NCBI GenBank assembly: GCA_964016885.1
Contig: OZ024740.1
Location: forward strand, 224,068,001 to 224,132,000
DNA length: 64,000 bases
Source of the DNA: Eledone cirrhosa
Lineage: Eukaryota
Reading direction: 5' to 3'
Shown here: piece after piece, positions 55,542-64,000 of the stretch
How the letters are laid out: every line of letters begins with the position of its first letter
Position numbering within the stretch: the first letter of the stretch is position 1
Position numbers and translations under genes: made by a program
Notes under the pieces: model-generated
Told to the model about the DNA's origin: nothing
What the model saw: the letters and a program-made list of their open reading frames with translations, nothing else
The model's database searches: none

Positions 55542-56904
55542 ATATATATATATATCAATATTTAATATTTATACTCTGCTGTGTATTGAGTACCTTACTT
55601 ACTGTGATTACCCCGATTGAACCTGGTATACACATAACTTTTAGCACCTTACTGCGCCTCTCTTAACCAGCGGTTTTTCTGATGATTTCTTTCGAATAAA
55701 ACAGTTCTAGTCTAGTAGAAGCCATTTATATATATATTTATATATACATATATATATTGGTAAAAGGAAAAGAAAATGCTGACAAATTGTTCCCAGTGAA
55801 AAATAGTTTAATTAGGAATAAGTAAAAATTAGTAATAGTATTGGTTAGTATTCAGTTTTGATTTTAAGTTTTACCGGTTGCGCATTTCTAATGCTTTTCA
55901 AAAATAATTTTGAGATAGAGTGCCCGTGATGTTTGCTCAAATCTAATTAGTTTTGGAAATTCTACCTGTTTTATGTAAAAAAAGTGGCTCCAGATGTATG
56001 AAAAAATTCTTGTGGTCAAAACAATTTTGATTGGTCGGTAGAGGTCATGTGAATGTTAAAAATTGATTTTGCGCCAAATGTAGGTTTGTGTCGGCTGACT
56101 GAGAAATAAGTCTTTCACAACAAGTATGTGTGTGTGTGTAGTAGTAGTAAAGAGGTTCGTTGTTGTGATAATGGTCAGCAGGGATGTGTGTGCGAACCGC
56201 AGCCTGCTGATAGTTCAAATGCCTATTAAGACAAGTGTGTGTGTGTGTGTGTAGCAGAGTAATTCGTGGTAGAGGGATGGTCAGTAGGAATGTGTCTGTA
56301 AGTGTGTGGCGGATATTTTAACATGTTAAAAGATATTTTTCAGCTCTTGTCTTATACGGAGAAGTGTGTGTGTGTGTGTATATGTCTCTTTGTATGTTAA
56401 TGTACGCGTGTGTATGTGTGTGTGTATATATGTGTGTGTGGGTGTGGGGGGGGGGGCACTATTTTTGTGATACTGGTAAAAATAGTGTACATTATTCGAT
56501 ATTTTCAGTAAAAACGATTCTCTCAATAGAACATCAAAAACCTTAATAATAAAAGGTGTGAAATGATATATAGTATTGGCATAAGACCAAGGTGTGTGTG
56601 AGTGTCCAGATTGTACGTACTGCTGCAAGGGGAATCCGTATTGGAATAGTTGTGTACAAATATCTATGTGCCCATCAGTGTGCAATGCATGTGTGCGTAT
56701 ATGTATGTGTGTGTGTCGGCACGTTTATATCTATAGACATCAAAAGGTATGAAAATTTGTGTATATTTGTGTTGCACCATAGAAAATGTGTGTTTACGTA
56801 TGTCATTTCGTTTATATGTGGATAGAGATGTATGTAGGATGTATGCTGATGTAGGTATGTATGTTGACGTGTGTATGTTGTGGGTTCGTCTTAGGGGGAA
56901 GTGT

Positions 56905-58838
56905 TTAGACGGGGTCCGTATTTGTTAATAAAGTGAGATTTCTTGCTGATGCGCTGGGTGTGGGTGGCATTTCTTTAAATGTGTAGAGGGGAAAGATTCT
57001 GAAGTTGGTATGATTTTGGGCGGCACAGGTATCAATGTGTTCACTCGGTGGTATTTTCCTGTATTCCCGTATTTTAATTTGGGATCTATGGACAGTCATA
57101 CGTTGGCGGAGGCTGTTTTTGGTTGGCCTATGTATTTTTCTCGACAACCTGAGCAAGTTAATACATATATTAGATTTTCTGATGCGCATGTGAAATTGTG
57201 TTTTACTATAAAACGTTGTCCTTCTTTGAAATACAATTCCGAACCCTCTATTAGGTTGATTCATATGCCACAGTTGTGCCTATCGCATTTTTTTACTGCG
57301 GGTTTCGTTGTTGTAGTTGGCAGTACTTTGGCATGTGTTAGGATGTTTTTCATTGACTTAGATTGTCTTTTGCTCTTTATGATATCGTGTGTTCGTAGGA
57401 TTTGGTTCATTCTATGGTCCTTTTTAACACAGGTATGTTCTGGAGGATGGTGTCAAAGGCCTCATTGTTGAGGGGTTGTCTGTGGAGATGTATGGAAGAG
57501 CTTTTAGTTTCGCTTGATTTACTTTAGGGTGTCTAAGGTCCAGGGTACTGAGTTTTAGGGCACGTTGGATTACATTGTCAATTAGTGATACAGGGTAGTC
57601 CTGCCTATGAGTGTGTCCTTTAGTTCTTGTAGCCGTAAGTAACAGGTGTTTTTATTGGAACTATAGTACAGATTCTCTTGGCTAAGTTGTAGGGAATATA
57701 CATTTTAACGTGTCTAGAGTGGGAAGAGTTGAAAGGAAGATATTGCTTGGAGTCTGTGGACTTGTAGTATATGTCTGTTTCTATTTTTTCGTTATGAATC
57801 TTAATGAGGATGTCGATGAAGGGGAGTTGTTGATGGCTGTATTCCATCGTGAAGTTGATATTCGTGTTGAGCCCATTTATAAGGGTCTGAAATTCTTTAA
57901 GTTTCTCGATGTTTTCGTGCCAAAGGATGAAGCAGTCATCTAGATATCGCTTCCAGTTCCTTTCAATGTGTAAGTGGAGGGTGTTTCCAAATTTGTTTAG
58001 GACTTTAGTGTAGAGAGTGATTTCCAGGTATCCCATGACTAGGTTGGCATAAGTGGGGGCTGTTTTCGTTCCCATAGCGGTCCCAGATTTCTGCCTGTAG
58101 TGTTTGTTATTGAAAACGAAGTAAATGTTCTCCAAGCTAAATTTGAGTCCCTCTATCACGAATTCTTTTTTGATGCGTTGTGGGAGTTCATTGTGGAAAT
58201 TATCCAGCCAGAATTGGATAGCTTCTATTCCTAGGTTGTGGGGGATATTGGAATATAGGTTGACTACATCGAAATCGCTAGTAGGGTTTGTTCAGAAAGG
58301 GGCATATTAGGGAGGTGATTGAGCATATCTAGGTCGTCCCTTATATAGCTTTTGATGTGTTTGAGAAAAGGCTTGAGAAGGGTATCAATGAAGTTGCTAA
58401 GGCGGTGGGTTTCGCAAGCGGGGCCTGCTATTATAGGTCTTAATTTGAGATCATTGGGTGAGGGGACATTGATGACTATGTCTGTGGCTTCCTTGCATGC
58501 CTTACTTATTAATTTGCGTTTATGTACTTTAGGGATACCGTTGAAAAGGCTGGATTTACTTGTGAAGTCTGTGATGAAGTTGAATTCCTTGTTAGCGAGT
58601 CCTTCTTTGCTTTGGTTGATCAGAGCTATTAGGTTTCTCATAATTTTCTGTTGATTGTAGTGTTTCGTAGTATGTTTCGTTTTCCAAAGTGGAGAGCGCT
58701 AAGTTGATATAGAATTCTGTCTCCATTAGGACTACTGTACTCCCTTTATCAGCCTCTTTAATTGTAATGGTTCTGTCGGTTTTTAATCTATTTAATTCTT
58801 CCCATTCTTTGTTGTTGAGGTTGGCTTGTGTTTTTGTC
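56905..58838 (-). mobile_element. Penelope-like element RT + GIY-YIG (Neptune-like linker), 5'-truncated, decayed
   Basis: PKVHK, LRPIIAGP, QKSGTAMGTKTAPTYANL, KRYLDDCF, PFIDI, CDRHNCGIC linker, LIYVLTCSGCREKYIGQ; frameshifted; abuts (TA)n at the 5' side. Confidence 0.88.
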
Positions 58839-58984
58839 TATATATATATATATATATATGTATATTAATAAGAGGAATTCCAACTTTGTCTGATTTACTC
58901 GTTTTATTTACAATCCTTTAAAATATATGTAATATGGTATTATAATGAAATAGTATTATAGAATATTAAATTCGAAGTGTTAAT

Positions 58985-59023
58985 TGAACAAGTACTTTCA
59001 TGCTTTCGCAATCGTCAGGTTCA
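58985..59023 (-). ncRNA. Minimal type I hammerhead ribozyme
   Basis: Minus strand: UGAAC-CUGACGA-UUGC-GAAA-GCAU-GAAA-GUAC-UU/GUUCA; perfect 5-bp stem I, palindromic GUAC. Confidence 0.8.
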
Positions 59024-59058
59024 TGATATGTGGTGACAGTCGAGTTTGCAATTTTCAA

Positions 59059-59094
<36 letters not shown>

Positions 59095-60035
59095 GGGATA
59101 ACAGGTTATCGTTATAGGCAGTCCACTTAGATGTAGATGTACTTCAGTTAGAGTACCAGGATGGGGCAGTAATGTCTATAATTATCTTGTCAGCCCATAA
59201 AACAATCCCATCTTTGCTGTTGTTTATTCTTTCGGACCAAACAATTATATCTACATATCTCATATTAGCACTCATGATCTCTAACAGATGAACTTAATTC
59301 TAAGTACATTATCTTATTACTCCTACACTCCTTGAAATCTTATTTTCTTAATATTATTATTATGATCATCTCAATGTGTCCCTAATTTTATTCATCATGT
59401 TCTCTCAATTTACCATGCATACTTTATTGTTTTTATTACTTTTATTATCTCTATTATTGTTATTATTGTTGTTATTATTGTCTTATTTATACACTATTTG
59501 TTATTGATTTTGTGAAAACTAAACCCCCATGATTCGAACTAACAATCCCAACTTTTAGAATAGGCCACCTTTACATACCGAATCTACAACTTCACTTCAT
59601 ATCACATAAGAACCATATATCTCTATACACTCACTCTGTCAATCTCACTAAGTTGATACAACGAAAATACTTATCTGTCAAACTATAAATCAATCTCCGG
59701 TTTATTGCTAGTGTGCTTTTAGACCTACAGCACACTTATATCCTTCATAATTACTCCTAAACCCTGACTCCAAGTACATTTTATCAGTTATCTCTTCACC
59801 CATTTAATACTACATCTAATGTACCCTATAGTAGTTTTCACATGTCAATTTCAGACATATGTATCATATCAGTTCGTTTACTATGCTAGATTTATCATTA
59901 CACTCTATTTCTCACTTATATTGATGTTATTATTTTAACTATTCAGTATCTAGTTATTTTATTATTGATATTATTGTTCTGGTCTAACACCACTCTTCTA
60001 TAAAAGCCATGCCTTGAATATTTTCCACACTCCCG

Positions 60036-60151
60036 CACGCTCTGATGAAACGACTGGTTATAAACAAAGTATTGGAGTTCGATTGACGCAACATCAATCG
60101 ATTAGCGAACTCTAGACCTACCAGATCAAAGAAACAATTGTCAGCAATGTG
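60036..60151 (+). ncRNA. Type I hammerhead ribozyme with very long stem II
   Basis: GCU-CUGAUGA-[~82 nt including cuggu/accag, gaguucg/cgaacuc, auuga/ucaau]-GAAAC-AAUU-GUC/AGC; AATAAA at 60152-60157. The stem II base is imperfect. Confidence 0.65.
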
Positions 60152-60209
60152 AATAAAGCCCTTATTGTATAGTCAACCATGTCACTCTTCTTTCTTGAAT
60201 TATTATATA

Positions 60210-61513
60210 CAGGGTGTGGACGATATTTGTTCGCAATTTTCAACTACTAATTTTATGCAATTTTGTTTTACTTCCGTTGTCACTCTTGTCTTCATAAAAA
60301 CAGTGACTATATTTCCATTATTTATTTTCAGAATAATTGATGATGATTAATTTTGAACCTCCAAATTTGTAGATGAGACACGGAGTTCTTCTTGGAATCT
60401 GCACCGGGAGGACAAATAAGGAAAGTTCAGACTTTCTCATCGTCAGCAGGAGAATGGTGGAAAAGTTCAGAAAGGAATTGGAAGATTCAGGATTCGACTA
60501 CGAAGCAACATCAGAGTGGAAAACACATGATCGACGATCTGACGCCTTCAGAACGCCCGAGTTCGTCGCTGAAGTTCAGGATATCATCAACAATGAACCT
60601 AGTAAGTCGATGCGTGCCATTGCAAAGGAAAGGAGAAAGGCGTGGATGAAAAGCTCATTAGGCTGGTGGTACATGAAGACATTCACCACGTTTTACACAA
60701 GATGAGGAAAGGACAATTTCTGTCAAATGCGAGGCAAGAAAAGTGACTGAAGCACGCAAAGAAGCTGATCAGCAAGTTGAAACACCTACTGGAGCCAGAG
60801 ATGCTGTGGTTTTTCTCCGACGAGAAAAACTTCTGCCAAGACCAGAAGATCAACTCCCAGAATAACAGGTGGCTCGCTGTTTCATCCAAAGACGTGCCCA
60901 GAGTCATGCAGACAAAGTTTCCAGCGACAACATTGGTCTTAGGTGTCGTCAGCAGTCAAGACGACATCATCCCACCTCAATTCTTCCCTGAGGGCCTCAA
61001 GCTGAATACCGATGGCTATATCCGCGTTCTGGGCGTTATAGTAAAGCCCTGGATTAACCAGGTAGCTGCAGGTAAGCCATACGTGTGGCAGCAAGACTCA
61101 GCGTCCTGCTATACCAGCCGAAAGACCCTAGCCTGGCTGTCAGAGAACTTCGTCGACAACACTTCACCTGACATCTGGCCTCCCAGCTCGCCTGACTGCA
61201 ACCCCCTCGACTTCTTTGTGTGAGGCGCAGTGGAACGAGACACCAATAGATCTAGCTGCAATACGAAAGACGATCTGAAGGCGAGGATCAAAGGTGCCTT
61301 TAGGGGCCTAAATCGGGGGACAGTGACGAAGGCCTGTAGCTGGTTCCGAGGCCGCCTTGAGGCCGTCATCAAAGCCAATGGCGAGTTCATCGAGTGACAT
61401 CGAACGAACCAGTCATGAAGACAAACTGACCCAAGTTTGATAAATATATCTTAAAAATTAAAACTACCGTTTAATATTCCTAGACAGTAATCTTGCGAAC
61501 AAATATCGTCCGC

Positions 61514-61519
<6 letters not shown>
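60210..61519 (+). mobile_element. Tc1/mariner transposon, DD37D (maT) family, full length but decayed
   Basis: 27-bp TIRs at 60210-60236 and 61493-61519 (3 mismatches), TA flanks. Catalytic motifs FSDEKNF, QQDSA and SPDCNPLD, with 37 residues between D2 and D3; frameshifts and stops. Confidence 0.93.
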
Positions 61520-61605
<86 letters not shown>

Positions 61606-61608
61606 CAT

Positions 61609-61647
<39 letters not shown>

Positions 61648-62043
61648 AAGTTAATGAGATATCATTTAAGTTAATCCAGCTACAGTTTACGAGTACTCTG
61701 TTTCGACGATAGTTTTAAAGTTCAGCGTTGCTTGACTCAACAAGAAGTTTTCTTAGTTGGGTGGCCGATTCAAGACAGTTCTTAGGTAAATGTTTCTTGG
61801 CGTAATAATGGAAAATGAGTGAAGAATAACGTGTTCGACTGTACAATAGGGTTTATTAAAAGTATTAACAATTGTTTCATTAGTCTGGTTTGTCTAAAAA
61901 GCCCTGTTTGCAAGATGCTACTTCACTCGATTTTACTTACAGCTGATACCCAACCAAATCATCAGAATACTGATATGTGTACCTCATACAGTGCGCTAGT
62001 ACTGAATAAAAGTACAAGAATAGAAGCAATTATAATGATAGTA

Positions 62044-62191
62044 ATAATTGTTTCTACTTTTGGCACAAGGCCAGCAATTATCTCAGTGTATTACTGGTAC
62101 TTTATTTTATCGACCCCGTAAGGATGAAAGGCGGGATTTGAACTCAGACCATAAAGGGCCGTAACGCTTTGCTGCAAAGCATGGTGTCCGA
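62044..62191 (-). mobile_element. Family A SINE
   Basis: Reverse complement of tail, core and B-box; small internal deletion. Confidence 0.85.
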
Positions 62192-62931
62192 ATAGGGAGG
62201 TTCAGTGATGAGGGGGTACTGGGTTACAGGCGTAAAATATTGTAATAATAACAACAACATGGAAAAAATAATAAGAAAAGAGGTATGAAGAGATGATACA
62301 ATAAGGAAGAAAATGCAGAACATTTACGGTAACTTGACAGTGGGATGAGATGAGACAAAAGGATAACGGTGACAGTCAAATAAAGTGGGCTGGGATGAAT
62401 TATATAGATGAAACTGAAATATAAAATAAAAAGATAATGATAACAGATGGGTAATTAGGATTGGAGTATTTTGGAAAGTATTATCTTAATAGAGGTGAAG
62501 ATTAATGGTAATGTTTGCTATATAGGATGCTGTGCGTGAGAGGGTGTGTCTATAAAGAAAGAGTACTCAAGGGCTGAGGGAGCGTCGGTTGATCTCATGT
62601 CCGATTGGTCAAAAGTTCATTATTTTGGTTATTATTGGTAGATGTAGGAAGCTTTCACCCATACGTGGCTGACAGTCAATCGTAGTAAGGAGGTGTAAAA
62701 TTGGCTTGCTGGTGCCAGTATTGTAGACGTTTTAAATCTGCAGAGTTATGTTGTTTATATGGATAATGCGATTGCCGGATGGAATCTTGTTCATCTCAGT
62801 TTGTAATTAGAGAATTTACTAGCGGTTTGTGCCTATAAAAAATTGTCTGCTCGATTTTGCTGTTAAGCAAACAATTGCTAATACTTTGATAAACCCTATT
62901 GTACAGCCGACCATGTTATTCTTCACTCATT

Positions 62932-62967
<36 letters not shown>

Positions 62968-62984
62968 TACATGCAAAGAACCCC

Positions 62985-63295
62985 TTCGATAAGAAATGAC
63001 TAGTGGATTTGCTCCTTGAAATTCCTCTCTGAGGCAAGGTTGTTTGTGGAAGACAAGCAGTTGCCCATGCCTACCAGTCTCCCCTTTCCATGCTAACATT
63101 GTTGTCCAATGGAAAATCAAAGGCCGATATAGCTTGGAAGCAGTGACATCACAATTTATTTCTACAGCTGAGCTAACTGGAACAATGTGAAATAAAGTGG
63201 CTTGCTCAATGACAAAATGCATCACCCAGTCCAAGAATTAAACTCACAAGCCCCCGATTGCAATTCCAATGCACCTTCAAACTAAGCCATGCGTT
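62985..63295 (-). mobile_element. Family B SINE
   Basis: Minus strand tggcttagt head, gagtttaattc B-box-like, gagcaagccactttatttcacattgttccag. Confidence 0.75.
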
Positions 63296-63313
63296 TTCAC
63301 ACGCACAGACATA

Positions 63314-63906
63314 CATCATCATCATCATCATGTAATGTCCATTTTACATGCTGGCATGGGTAGTATAAACTGTCCCTTTATGAGATATCAGGTCGGAGGT
63401 CCAGTTTTGCTCACACAGAACTGATTTTGGCTTGGTTTCTACAACTGGATGCCCTTCCTAACACAATGTCATTGAATCGAAATCTTTGGTACTGTACAGA
63501 AGACCTGCCTTCCCTTACATACAAACTTAAACCTACAGTCAGTAGGCACCTCTTAATCCAATATACGCCCAACTCCATCCTCCCACTTCCATCCACACCA
63601 CCCTTTCTCTGTAAAGTAATGTTAGTACTACAGAACATCGAACCCACACTGTAAAGTGGTTGTGTAGCTGACACGACAAAAAGCACCCAGTCCACACTTT
63701 AAAGTGTTCATGTAGGAGACATGGTAAAAAGGCTCCCAGTCTACACTGTAAAGGTGGTTGGCGTTAGGAAGGGCATCCAGCTGGAGAAAACCTGCCAGAA
63801 AAGTTCTATATGAGTGAGACACGGTCACTAGACCAATTTTGGCTCAAACAGGACAAAGCTATCCAAACCTTGCCAGCATGGAAGATAGACGTTAAACGAT
63901 GATGAT
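63314..63906 (+). mobile_element. RTE 3'-UTR-derived repeats: minus tail fragment (63314-63465) and plus copy (63560-63906)
   Basis: (CAT)n at the left end, (GAT)n at the right end, aggaagggcatccagc motif in both orientations, ~35-bp internal subrepeats. Confidence 0.78.
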
Positions 63907-64000
63907 ATATTTGAGTGTGTGTGTGTGTAATGTATATTGTTTACTGTTTTTTACCAGTCTGACATTTAGAGTTTGACAGAGTATGTATAAAAATTTGAAA

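Noticed and set aside
61692-61760. Minus-strand GAAAC-AGA-GTA hammerhead 3' half
   Set aside because: No intact CUGANGA partner found

Overview
AT-rich eukaryotic, repeat-dominated DNA with no host gene I can identify with confidence. The mix of long (TA)n/(CA)n/(ATT)n/(GAT)n microsatellites, tRNA-derived SINEs and LINE types suggests a coleoid cephalopod (octopus-like) genome; this is inference. The window holds three decayed R4/Dong LINE copies (RT plus restriction-like endonuclease), two Tx1 (L1-clade) LINEs, RTE LINE remnants, three Penelope-like elements (PLEs; RT plus GIY-YIG), a DD37D/maT Tc1-mariner, a non-autonomous Helitron and many SINEs. All TE ORFs are broken. The most notable observations are these. 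(1) A set of short, mutually divergent elements embedded in (TA)n carries type-I hammerhead ribozymes: five with the canonical core, several degenerate, some with greatly extended stem II. (2) A GAGTRCT-like heptamer sits a near-fixed 43-45 nt from the (TA)n junction in six such elements. (3) Several of these elements form foldback structures, one deleted at the predicted ribozyme cleavage site. (4) A SINE family shares its 3' tail with the Tx1 LINE. (5) Tx1 and R4/Dong cluster twice at (ATT)n/(AAT)n microsatellites, once as a chimeric junction. All coordinates and alignments were read by eye, and no database search was run.
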